From the NCBI RefSeq assembly GCF_036971445.1, contig NC_091470.1, forward strand, positions 203,856,001-203,920,000: a DNA stretch of 64,000 bases. Reading direction: 5' to 3'. This DNA is from Narcine bancroftii (Eukaryota). This document shows, piece by piece, positions 1-11,072 of this stretch (the first letter of the stretch is position 1; each line of letters begins with the position of its first letter). A model generated the notes under the pieces. The model saw nothing but the letters and a program-made list of their open reading frames with translations. It made no database searches and was not told where the DNA came from. The position numbers and the translations under genes were made by a program.

Positions 1-498
1 AGAGAGTGGTGAACCTCTGGAATTTGCTGCCACAGTCGAGTCGTTAAGGCAGAGACTGATGGGTATAGTCAGGTTATGGGGAGAAGGCCGGGGGAGTGGG
101 GGCTTGAATGGGAGAATGGAACAGTGGAGCAGACTCGATGGGCCAAATGGCCGGCTTCTGCTCTAACAGACTAAACCAGAGTGCCTGGAGGAAACCCGCA
201 CGGGGCGCGGGGAGAACGTGCAAACTCCTTACAGACAGCTTCGCTGACCTTGCCACCCCACTTCTTGCAGCCGTGAACATTTAGTGTCTATCTCCTAAAA
301 TTTTTATTTTATTTAAGGTACACTATGAGAACTGGTTTTTTTAAATTTGCAAAGGACCTGTTTGAATGCAGCAAGAATTTTGGTGAGCGTGTACATTGTA
401 CAATGTGTACAACTCGTTATCGATTGTCTTAATCCAGGAGCGGATGGAAAGGTCTTTTCCCAGGGAGAGGGACCCACCCAAAGGCCCGGAGCACTGAC

Positions 499-536
499 CT
501 TTTCGGAGATCTGGGAGCCGATGGTCACCCAGGTTC
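499..536 (-). CDS. KCNAB3: Kv-beta subunit coding exon 3 (38 nt)
   Basis: ctgcag|...|gtcagt; encodes (G)[12 protein letters not shown], matching GTWVTFGSQISDE. The gene continues beyond position 1. Confidence 0.92.
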
Positions 537-599
537 CTGCAGACGGAGGAGAAATTAGTCACTGATGGCCAACGCAGGCACACCTCAAGGAAGGGGGAT

Positions 600-1260
600 C
601 AGCCTACTACCCTACTCCCTCTGCCCCCTTGACTGGTCGGCCAGGCACGTTTCCAACACCATCTGCAAATTTGCCATGGTCATTGGCAGAATCGCAGACG
701 GCGATGAGAAAGTGAAAAGTGAACAGGAGGGAGATGGATCAGCTCGTTGATTATCTTCAGATTTAGTGTTGGAGTACTTACAAGACATCACATACAACCC
801 TGAGATTCTTTTTCCTGCTGGCGCGGCAGAATTACCATTTATTGGGCGTGCAAAAGAAAACTGGCTCAACGTACACATATAGGCACATAAGAAATGTAAA
901 CAAACTAACTGTAATACAGAGAGAGAAAAAAAATCAATTAAGTGCACAATAAACGAGTCCCTGATTGAGTATGTCATTGAGTAGTCTGGTGGTGGAGGGA
1001 GAGTAGCTGTTCCCGAACCTGGTGGCACAAGTCTCGTGGCCCTTTTCCTGGTAGCAGCGCAAGAACAGAGCATGTGCTGGGTGGTGTGGGGTCCTTGACG
1101 ATTGCTGCTGCCCTCCGATGGCAGCGTTCCCCGTAGATGCTCTTGATGGTGGGGAGGGTTTTGCCTATGACATCCTGGGCTGGGTCCACGGCCTTTTGCA
1201 GGGCTTTACTCTCAGGGACGTTGGTGTCCCCCAAACCAGGCCATGATGCAGCATCTTGCA
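600..1260. mobile_element. Rex1/Babar-like LINE fragments (both orientations)
   Basis: NTICKFA..IGRI (+) and RCHRRAAAIVKDP (-) segments shared with many other copies in the window. Confidence 0.7.
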
Positions 1261-1279
1261 TTCAGCGTTAGCAAAACTA

Positions 1280-1815
1280 AGGTCCTGGTGAGGCCGCATC
1301 TGGAGAACCGCAGGCGGTTCTGGTCTTCTGACTTGAGGAAGGATGGACTTTGGGGACGGTGCAGAGGAAGTTCACCTGGTTGATTCCAGGGCTGAAGGGG
1401 TTGGCCTACGAGAAGAGATTGAGTCGTCAGGGACTGTACATGCTGGAATTTAGAAGATTGAGGGGGGATTTTGTAGTAATGTTTAAAATTATGAAAGTTA
1501 TGGGTAAGTCAGAGGTAGGTAGATTGTTCCCATTGGTGGGAGTAGATTAAGAGGGAGATGAGGAGGGACTGCTTCTCCCAGAGGGTGGGGAATCTGTGGA
1601 ATTCACTGCCCATTGAACCAGTGGAGTCGACCTCAGTAAATATATTTAAGACAAGGTTGGATAGATTTTTACATAGTCAGGGAATTAAGGGATGTGGGGA
1701 AAAGGCAGGTGGGTGAAGATGAGCCCATCATCAGATCAGCCACAATCACATTGAATGGCGGAGAAGGCTTGATGGGCCGAGTGGCCAACTTCTGCTCCTA
1801 TTTTTGATGTTCTCA
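1280..1815 (+). mobile_element. CR1 LINE 3' fragment
   Basis: VQRKFT..IPGL, RRLRGD motifs and CR1 3' UTR. Confidence 0.8.
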
Positions 1816-1994
1816 TATAGTGGATTTCAGGAAAGGGAAACAAAGAGAACACGACCCAGTCCTCCTCATTGAGGGGAAAGTGTCAAGCACCTCAAATTCC
1901 TGGGAGTCAACATCTTTGAAGCTCTATCCTGGGGCCAACATGCCGATGGAATCACGAAGAAGGCTCCCCAATGACTTTACTTTGTGAGGAGTTT

Positions 1995-3959
1995 TTTTTA
2001 ATTTTTATTTTTTATTTTTTTATTTTTCACACCATAAATCACATTAGCCATGATATACACTATTTCTTTTTCACACATATACAGTGACTTTTTCTCCCCC
2101 CCCCCCCTCCCTCCTCCCAAGCCACCCCCCCACCCCCCCCTCATCCATTTTAGGTATACAATCTAGGTTGCATTAAGCCAGTCAGACAATGTTGTCATTC
2201 AACAAAAATACACCAGAAATTCTACTGAGTCCTTTCTTTTCTTTCCTTCTCCTTCCATCAACTTAGGTAATGTTTGTCCCCGGTAGGTTTTCGCTATTGT
2301 ATTTAATGTAAGGCTCCCATATTTGTTTGAATATTTCAATATTATTTCTTAACCTATATGTTATTTTTTCTAATGGAATACATTTATTCATTTAAATTTA
2401 GTAGTTTCTTCCTTTTAATTTGGTTATGTATTCCATTAATATTTAAAGTAATATAGTTCAGCGTAGCCCTTTTATATTTTGTTTATCTTCTCTTTCCGTT
2501 TTTCCATCATTACCTTTCCTCCTTTTCCATTTTTGTTTTCTTATTTTCAACTCTTTATAAGACAACATTCCTACAACATCCAACATTTTCCTTATTCTCC
2601 TATTTCTATCTTCTTTATCCCCAATCTCCCCTTCCCCTCCTGAGTTGTCCTTTATCCCTTGTCGGACAACCACATCTCCCCTCTCCATTTGGATTTGCGA
2701 ATCCACTCGCAAGCGTCAACTGATTTTGCAGTGACCGCTATTTCCCCCCACCCAGCCCCCTCCCAGAAAAGATTTCACTTTTCATATGTCACAAAGGTCA
2801 CTCTTTTAATTCCCTCCTTATTCTCTCTATTCCATTACCTTCCCTTATTAATTCTTGTCTATACTATCTATATTTTCCTCTAAGTACAGATACATTCACG
2901 TATGCACATTGTCTCTATTCACTCTTATACCTCTTTACCCGCATACATATCAATCGTGATCATTTTTACTCTCATTACCCGTCTTCATCCCTCAGTCTAT
3001 TTTTGTCTTTACCCACATACATATCAATCGTGATCATTTTTACTCTCATTACCCGTCTTCCTCCCTCAGTCTATTTTTGTAATTGTTCTGCAAATTTTCG
3101 TGCTTCTTCTGGATCCGAGAATAGTCTGTTTTGTTGTCCTGGAATAAATATTTTCAATACCGCTGGATGCTTTAGTATAAATTTATACCCTTTCTTCCAT
3201 AAAATCACCTTTGCTGTATTGAACTCTTTTCTCTTCTTTAGGAGTTCAAAACTTATATCTGGATAAATGAAGATTTTTTGCCCTTTATACTCCAGTGGTT
3301 TGTTGCCCTCTCTTACTTTTTCCATTGTCTTCTCCAGTACCTTTTCTCTTGTAGTATATCTTAGGAATTTTACTACAATAGATCTTGGTTTTTGTTGTGG
3401 TTGTGGTTTAGAGGCCAATACTCTATGTGCCCTTTCTATTTCCATTTCTTGCTGTAGTTCTGGACATCCTAGGGTCTTAGGGATCCACTCTTTTATAAAC
3501 TCCCTCATATTCTTGCCTTCTTCATCTTCCTTAAGGCCCACTATCTTTATGTTATTTCTTCTTTTATAATTTTCCATTGTATCTATTTTTTGAGCTAGTA
3601 GTTTTTGTGTCTCTTTAGTTTTTTTATTAGATTCCTCCAATTTCTTTTTTAAGTCTTCTACCTCCATTTCTGCTGCTACTGCCCGCTCTTCCATCTTGTC
3701 CATTTTCTTTCCCATTTCTGTTAAGGTCATATCTATTTTATTCATTTTCTCTTCTGTGTTGCTTATTCTTTTTCTTAAATCATTAAATTCCTGTGTTTGC
3801 GAGAAGGAAAGGGCAACAAACAAACAACAGATGGCCAACCCAGAGGAAGAAGAAGAGGAAGAGGAAGAGAACAGTGAAATAGAAGAAGAAGGGAAAGGCA
3901 AGATAAAGGTTGTACTTTCTCTTATTAAAGGATACATGGAGTCATTTAAAGAATGGCAA
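1995..3959 (-). mobile_element. Internally deleted, 5'-inverted L1 of the same family (ORF1-only)
   Basis: Poly(A) at the left end, 16-bp TSD ACTTTGTGAGGAGTTT (1979-1994 and 3960-3975), ORF1 open over 3071-3799, inverted piece ~3800-3959, ORF2 almost entirely missing (junction ~2393). Confidence 0.93.
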
Positions 3960-3975
3960 ACTTTGTGAGGAGTTT

Positions 3976-4450
3976 GAGGAGAGTTGGGACGTCACTGAAA
4001 GCTCTTACAACACTTTACTGTCGGACCTTGGAGAGCGTTCCGACCGGTTGCATCACTGTCTGGTAAGGAAATGCCAGCGCACAGGGCAGGAACAGGTCAT
4101 GAACTCAGCCTGCAACATCACGGGCATCAGACTCTGCTCCATCAAGGACATTCACAAGAGGCAGTGTCTTCAAAAAACAGCCTCTGTCCTCAAGGACCCC
4201 CAGGCAGTGCCCTCTTCACCATCGGGAAGGAGGTCCAGGAGCCTGAAGACAAGCACCCAGTGGCTTCTTCCCCTCCGCCATCAGATTCCTGAATGGACGA
4301 TGATCCACAGACACTGCCTCACTTTTTCCCCCAAACAAATCATTTTATTTTAAACAGTGTATTTATGGAATTGTAATTTAAGCAATTTAATCCACTGGCG
4401 CAAATCAACTAATTTTATGACACTCGTCTGTGACAATAAACCTGATTCTG
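3976..4450 (+). mobile_element. Rex1/Babar-like LINE 3' part (5' part at ~1820-1994, split by L1)
   Basis: CLQKTASVLKDP, GRRSRSLKT, tail AATAAACCTGATTCTG. Confidence 0.75.
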
Positions 4451-4610
4451 GATCTCTGAGTGATGGGAAAGGTCTAGTGGACATGCCAACCTCCCCTCCC
4501 TGCCCCTCCTGCCTCCAACCCTGGTCAGTCGCCCTTGCAACTCCTTCCTCGAGGTTCCGCCCTCCCCCCCCCACCAACCCCGCATCCGCACATGGCTGAC
4601 CAGGACTCAC

Positions 4611-4654
4611 CAATGCCCACGCAGGAGATCCGAAGGCCGGTCTTCCCGAGATTC
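4611..4654 (-). CDS. KCNAB3: Kv-beta subunit coding exon 2 (44 nt)
   Basis: ttgcag|...|gtgagt; encodes (R)[14 protein letters not shown](G), matching the conserved Kv-beta RNLGKSGLRVSCLGLG; phases join exons 1 and 3. Confidence 0.93.
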
Positions 4655-4779
4655 CTGCAAAAATAAGACAGGATGATAGGTCCACTGCCAGTGGCCGGTG
4701 GGTATAAGCACCATACCATGGTGGGCTGCCAGTTTCTGGTGGCGATCCGGAGGGGCTGGTGTGGGGGAGGAGGGCCTGG

Positions 4780-5690
4780 TTTTTAAATGGTATATAAATG
4801 ATTTAGATTCTGGACAGAGTGGCTGTGTGGCCAGGTTTGCAGGCAATACACAGGTGGTGCAGAGGGAACAGGGAGGGAGCAGAAGGTCTGAGATAGATCA
4901 GGAGAGGAGGCGAATGAATTACAATGTTGGAAAGTGCACGGTCGCACATGTTGGTAGAAGAAATAAACGGGCTGACCATCTTCTAAATGGGGAGAAAATT
5001 GAAAATCGCCAGATGCAAAGGGACCTGGGAGTCCTTGTACAGGATGGCCTGAAGGGAATCTTGCAGGTTGAGTTGGGGGTGAAGAAGGCGAATGCAATGC
5101 TGGCATTCAGTTCAAGGGGAATAGGATACAAGGGCAGGGATGTGATGTTGAGGCTTTATAAGGCCCTGGGGAGACCTCATGTGGACGATTGTGAGCAGTT
5201 TTGGGCTCCTCATTGAAGAAAGGATGTGGTGACGTTGGAGAGAGTTCAGAGGAGATTCACAAGGATGGTTCCAGGAACGAAAAGTTATCATATGAGGAGC
5301 GTTTGATGGCTCTTGGCATGGACTCGTTGGAATTTAGGAGAATCTCACTGCAGCATTTTGGATGTTGAAAGATGTGAACAGAGTAGTCAATCTGGAAAAG
5401 TTATTTCCCACGGTGGGAGAGTCCAGGACAAGAGGGCATAACTTCAGGACTGAAGGACGCCCACTTAGAACAGAGGGATTTCTTCAGCCAGAGGGCAGTA
5501 AATCTGTGGCCACAGGCAGTTGCAGAGACCAGGTCGTTAGGTGGAGGTTGATAGGTTTGTGATTAGCCAGGGCATCAAAGGTTATGGGGAGAAGGACAGG
5601 CAGTGGGGCTGAGTGGGAGAATGGACCAGATTAAATGGCAGGGCAGACCTGGTGGGCTAAATGGCTTATTTTGCTCCTGTGGTCATTATA
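4780..5690 (+). mobile_element. CR1 LINE fragment
   Basis: YINDLD, RDLGVLV, LYKALGRPH, QFWAPH motifs. Confidence 0.85.
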
Positions 5691-6106
5691 AGTCGGGATT
5701 GTGTCCATGGCTGGGATAATATAGACCCCAGATCTGACTACCAGCGTAATGTTGCTGACTGAACGTTTAAACAAACAGTTTACTGTTACTTGCAGGGTGA
5801 AAACATTTGCTCTGTGTGCAATCCAGACAAGTCAGCTCTCACTCGTCCAACAGGTCGGACAGAGAATGGGGAGATAAAATGTGCAGGGAAGAGGTTCGAA
5901 TGCATCGAGGACTCAGAACCAAAATCAGGTTCATTGTCATTAACACGTCTCAAGAAATTTGTTGTTTTGCAGCAGTGGTGCTGGGACGAGCAAGGTACAA
6001 TATTTGCTCTATAATTGCAATTGTGATTTAAAAAGACGTAATTAGTGCAAGAAAAGGAGGAAAAGGGAGGGGTCGTGTCCAGAATCTGGTGTTTGCGGGG
6101 AAGAAG

Positions 6107-6107
<1 letters not shown>

Positions 6108-6173
<66 letters not shown>
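6108..6173. repeat. (GT)n microsatellite
   Basis: Pure GT run. Confidence 0.97.
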
Positions 6174-6177
<4 letters not shown>

Positions 6178-6580
6178 CAGGACTGAAGTAGACTGGACCA
6201 AATTAGACAGGACTGCAGTAGAACCAACTGGATTAGACTGGACTGGAGTAGACTAAACTGGAGTAGACCAGATCGGATTAGACTGCAGTGGAGTACACCA
6301 GACTGGAGTAGACTGGTCTGGATTAGACAGGACTGGAGTAGACTGGACCGAAGTAGACCAGACTGGATTAGACAGGACTGGAGTAGACCAGAATGGAGTA
6401 TACCAGACTGGATTAGACAGGACTGGAGTAGACTGGACCGAGTATACCAGACCGGATTAGACAGGACTGGAGTAGACCGGACTGGATAAGAAAGGACTGG
6501 AATAGACCAGACTTGAGTAGACAGGACTGGATTAGACAGGACTGCAGTAGACCGGACTGGATTAGACTGGACTGGAGTTG
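6174..6580. repeat. Minisatellite of 5/15-nt subunits (GACTGGAGTAGACCA / GACTGGATTAGACAG)
   Basis: Tandem degenerate units reaching to ~18 nt from the Kv-beta exon 1 donor. Confidence 0.9.
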
Positions 6581-6598
6581 ATAGCGCTCCTGCCTCAC

Positions 6599-6885
6599 CT
6601 GTAGACCATGCCTGTCTGCTGGGCCACGGTGTTGTCCAGTGAGAGGTGACATTCCTGCAGGAACATCTCTAGCTGCTGTTGGTGCAGAGCCGCCCTGGCC
6701 CCCTCAGACAGAGGGTCATCCTCGCGGAGTCCACCCCGACCCTTCGGCAGCTTCACTGGGGGGCCGGTGCACTTGGGCTTCTTGTTGTTATTCAGGCCGT
6801 ACAGTTCCTCCACGGAGAACTTTCCTCCGCGACCAGACCCCCCGCCGCCCCCACCCCCGTCGCGGCCGGACCGCGATCCCACCAT
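6599..6885 (-). CDS. KCNAB3: Voltage-gated K+ channel beta subunit (Kv-beta3-like), coding exon 1
   Basis: ATG in good context (gacccATGg). Encodes MVGSRSG...EMFLQECHLSLDNTVAQQTGMVYR, ending in the Kv-beta first-exon motif TGMxYR, then donor AG|GTGAG (phase 2). Paralog assignment rests on GSQISE in exon 3 and linkage to RANGRF (both on human 17p13.1). Confidence 0.85.
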
Positions 6886-7544
6886 GGGTCTGGATCAGGA
6901 GGGGCTCTTACCAGCAGTCTCACGCCTGTTCACCCTCGCACACCCTCTCACACCCGCACTCCCCTCACACTCACACCCCCCCACACATACACATGCCTGT
7001 TGGCACTGCACACACCCTCAGATTCTCACGACCACTCACACTCACACCACCATTGACAATCACATGCCTGCGCACACTCACACTGTCTCCCACACCAGAT
7101 CACCTCCTTACACTTGCACTCACTTGCACTCTTGCTCACACTTGCATTGCTGGACACACTCACATACCCAGTCACACTCGCACGCTCCTCACACCCAGAC
7201 TCCCCTGAGCGAATCAGCTTCCCCCTTCCCTCAGCTACCCTCACGATCACGGCCTCTCCCACACATGCACACTTGGATGGCCGTCGGCGGAGAGAAGGGG
7301 CACAGGCTACCGAACAGGGCAGAGATCTGAGGCAGTGGAGCTGTCAGCCTGAGTTACCTTATCCCTGAAATATAAACACGGCAGACACAAAAGCCAGGTC
7401 AACCAGTAATCTTAGACCGTTAATTATACCCTGCAGGTCACCCAACTCGCACATCACCGTGTGGACCCGCCCACTGATGAATACTCAGCACCTTTCAATG
7501 CTTGAGTCCATCCAAGCGAAGAACTTTGCTTAATTTCTTCAAGT

Positions 7545-7860
7545 GTGTGATGGGATGTTGTGGAGGGGGCTTCACTCTGTGTCTGACCCCGGGAGTGTGT
7601 GATGGGATGGTGTGGAGGGAGCTTCACTCTATGTCTGACCTTGGGAGAGTGTGATGGGACGGTGCGGAGGGAGCTTCACTATGTATCTGACCCCTGGAGT
7701 GTGTGATGGGACGGTGCGGAGGGAGATTCATTCTGTGTCTGACTCCGGGAGTGTGTGATGGTACGGTGCGGATGGAGCTTCACTCTGTGTCTGACCCCGG
7801 GAGAGTGTGATGGGATGGTGCAAAGGGAGCTTCACTCTGTGTCTGACACTGGGAGTATGT
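7545..7860. repeat. ~52-bp minisatellite, about 6 copies
   Basis: Unit GGGAGTGTGTGATGGGACGGTGCGGAGGGAGCTTCACTCTGTGTCTGACCCC. Confidence 0.92.
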
Positions 7861-8214
7861 GACAGAACAAGGAAGTAGGAACTTTGCTCTGAATCATATC
7901 TGTTTTAGCTCCAATGATTTTAATAACATAAACATCAAACAAGAAAGTAAGACCAACTATTAAAATACAGTGCGGGGTAGCCCTCACTGTATGGAACCTG
8001 TCCATGAGTTACAGTGATGAGATTGAGCTGAACAATATCAGGGTTCAATGTGCACAGACCGTACACTGCAGCACCAAATACGTAATTCTACCTCGTAATA
8101 AGATACACAATTAAACATCTGCTGACAAGCTGTGTAATTGTAGACCGTTTGTTTTGGCAATAAACGTTCTTACACACCCATCTCACTTCCCTCACCTACG
8201 GCAAGTACTCTGGT

Positions 8215-8630
8215 GCCCCCACTCACTCTTCTCCCTCCCTCTCTCTCTCCTCTCTCCCTCTCTCTCTCTCCCCCATATCCACCTCCCTTTCTCTCTCCCC
8301 CTCTCTCTTTCCCTTCTCTCTCCATCCTCTTTCCCCCTCCCTTTTCTTCACCCCCTCTCCCTCCCTCTCCTCTACCTCTCTCTCTCTCTCCCCTCTTTCT
8401 CCACCGCTCCCCCTCCCTCACTCTCTCCCCCCTCCTATTTCTCTCTGTCCCCCTCACTCTTTCTCTTCCACTCTCTCTTGAACCCCCTTTCTCATTTTCC
8501 CCCCACTACCCTCTCTCTTCACCCTTCTCTCTAGCTCTGTCTCCCACTCCTTGCTCTTCCCCCTCTCTCCCCCACTCATTTCCCTTTCCCTCCACCCCCT
8601 CTCTCCCAACCGCCTCTACCCCTCTATCGA
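8215..8630. repeat. Polypyrimidine low-complexity tract
   Basis: CT-rich tract; a complementary-type GA-rich tract lies at 17043-17230. Confidence 0.9.
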
Positions 8631-9039
8631 CTGCTCACCATTCGAAACAGGCCAGGGGTGTAGGTTAATGGGGTATAATTGGGTGGCGCAGACTCGTGGG
8701 CTAAAATGGCCTGTAGGTCTAAATTTTTAAAAATCTACCTCCTTCTCTCTGCTTCATTTCTCTTGCTCCCTCCCCTCACACTTTCCCCCTCCTCCCCTCC
8801 CCTTCCCCTCGTTCTCCCACCCTCCCTGACACAGGTGAGACACAGGGAGGTCATTGCACATCAGCCAAATAAATGATCTGTGTGCGAGGGACTGGCCACT
8901 TTGGATGGCGATACATTTAAATTCAGACATACATCATGGTTACAGTGCTCTTTCAGCCCACAAGACCGTGCTGCCCAATTGCACCCAATTATCCAGAGCC
9001 CCCAGGGAAAACCCACGTGGACACGAGGAGAACGTGTCG

Positions 9040-9790
9040 TGTGAAGTGATCCATTTTGAAACCAGAAAGGTTAATGATCAGATACTTGAGAGTGTGGATG
9101 AACAGGGGGACTTTGGGGTTCAAATCCATACATCCCTCAAGGTCGCCACACAGGTTGATAGGATAGTTAAGAAGTCCTATGGGATGTTGGGCTTCATTAG
9201 TCGGGGGATTGAGTTCAGGAGTCGAGAGACCATGTTGCAACTCTACAGATCTCTGAGAATTGTGTTCAGTTCTGGTCACCTTATTATAGGAAGGATGTGG
9301 AAGTTGTAGAGAGGGGGCAGAGGAAATTCACCAGGATGCTGCCTGGATTGGGAAATGAGTCATGAGGAAAGGTTAACAGAACTGGGACTTTTCTCTTTGG
9401 AAAGCAGAGGGTGACTTAATAGAGGTTAACAAGATTTTGTGAACCAGAGATAAGGTAGACGGCCAGCGCCTGTTTCCCAGAGTGGGAGCAGCAAACACCA
9501 GAGGACGTTTGTACAAAGTGAAGGGAGGGAAGTTTAGGGGAGACGTCAGGGGTAAGTTTTTTACACAGGGAGTGGTGGGGGCCGGGAATGCCTGCCGGGG
9601 ATGGAGGCGGGGGCTGGAACATTAGGAGCATTTAAGACAGGCCCATGGATGGAAGTAAAATAGAGGGTTATGGAGTAGGGAGGGTTAGTTTTTTTTGGAG
9701 GGAATACATACATGCATGCACACACTCACTCATGCACTCACTCGGCATGACATTGTGGGCAGAAGGGCCTGTGCTGTGCTGGAATGTTCT
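9040..9790 (+). mobile_element. CR1 LINE 3' fragment
   Basis: DFGVQIHTSLKV, MLGFISRGIEFRS motifs. Confidence 0.8.
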
Positions 9791-9984
9791 ATGTAATAGC
9801 GTTGCACTACCTGCTAAAGCAGGCATTTCTTCTCACAAAGGGGGTAATCCCCACGAACAAGCTATTTGAAAAGAGAGATTGATTGAATTCGGGATACTGA
9901 GTGAATCATGGGACAGGGCAAGGGTGCTGAAACAGGGCACCCCCTGAGGAAGGGCTCAGGCCCGAAACATTGATGAAATAGAAT

Positions 9985-10785
9985 GTAATACAAATAAGTG
10001 TGAGGTGTTTCATTTTGGAAGGACAAACCAAGAAAGGACATGCACGGTGAATGGTCGGGCACTGAGGAGTGCGGTAGAACAGAGGGATCTGGGAATGCAG
10101 ATACACAATTCGCTGAAAATGGCGTCATAGGTAGACAGGGTTGTAAAGAGAGCTTTTGGCACATTGGCCTTCATAAATCAAAGTATTGGGTACAGGAATT
10201 GGGATGTTATGGTAAAGTTGTATAAGATATTGATGAGGCCAAATTTGGAGCATTGAGTGCAGTTTTGGTAATTGAAACACAGGAAAGATATCAATAATAT
10301 AGAAAGAGTGCAGATAAGATTTACTAGGATATTGCCCGGGTTTCAGGAACTGAGTTACAGGGAAAGGTTGTACAGGTCAGGACTTAATTTCCTGGAGCAT
10401 AGAAGAATGAGGGGAGATTTGATCGAGGTGTTTAAGATGATGAGGGGGATGGACAGAGCAAATGTAAGTCAGCTTCTTCCACTGAGGATGGGTGAGATAC
10501 AAACCAGAGGACGTGAGTTAAGGGTGAAAGGGGAAAAGTTTAGGGGGAACATGAGGAGAAACTTCTTCACACAGAGAGTGGTGGGAGTGTGGAATGAGCT
10601 GCCTGCTGAAGTGGTGAATGTGGGCTCACTTTTAACATTTAAGCAGAATTTGGACAGGGACATGGATGGGAGGGGGTATGGAGGGCTGTGGACTTTGAGA
10701 AGATCAGTGGGACTAGGCAGAAAAACAGTTTGGCACAGACTAGAAGAGCTGAAAGGCCTGTATGTTGTGCTGTAATGTTCTGTAG
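9985..10785 (+). mobile_element. CR1 LINE 3' fragment
   Basis: ERVQIRFTRILPG, RRMRGDLIEVFK, NFFTQRVVGVWNELP. Confidence 0.87.
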
Positions 10786-10792
10786 TTTAAAC

Positions 10793-11072
10793 CAGTGGTT
10801 CTCAACCTCTTTCTTTCCACTCACAGCCCACTTTAAATAATCCCGATGCCATTGGGGCTTTGTGATTAGTAGAGTTAAGGTGGGATGTGGGTGGGAAGGG
10901 AAGGTTGAGAATATCTGCTCTAGACCCAATTGTGACTGAAATATTTTGCTTGAGAAAAATTGTCATTGGCCCATTTCCTTCGGAGATCTGAAACCGTGCA
11001 CATAACGAGTCAATGAGGGACAATTAAAACAGTGGTTTTCAAACCTTTTTCTTTCCACCCACGTCCCACCTT
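10793..11072 (-). mobile_element. Composite hAT/Charlie-like MITE (partial)
   Basis: CAGTGGTTCTCAACC termini, palindromic unit plus shared spacer; inverse of the copy at 24567-24940. Confidence 0.75.

Noticed and set aside
3071-3937. 288-aa ORF as a host gene
   Set aside because: L1 ORF1 fused to an antisense reading of its own inverted 5' segment.
6639-7368. Several His/Thr/Pro-rich plus-strand ORFs
   Set aside because: Antisense shadow of Kv-beta exon 1 and CA-rich low-complexity DNA.
6174-7860. Tandem arrays as CRISPR-like repeats
   Set aside because: No unique spacers; ordinary eukaryotic minisatellites.
8154-8668. Pro/Ser/Leu-rich ORFs
   Set aside because: Polypyrimidine low-complexity sequence.
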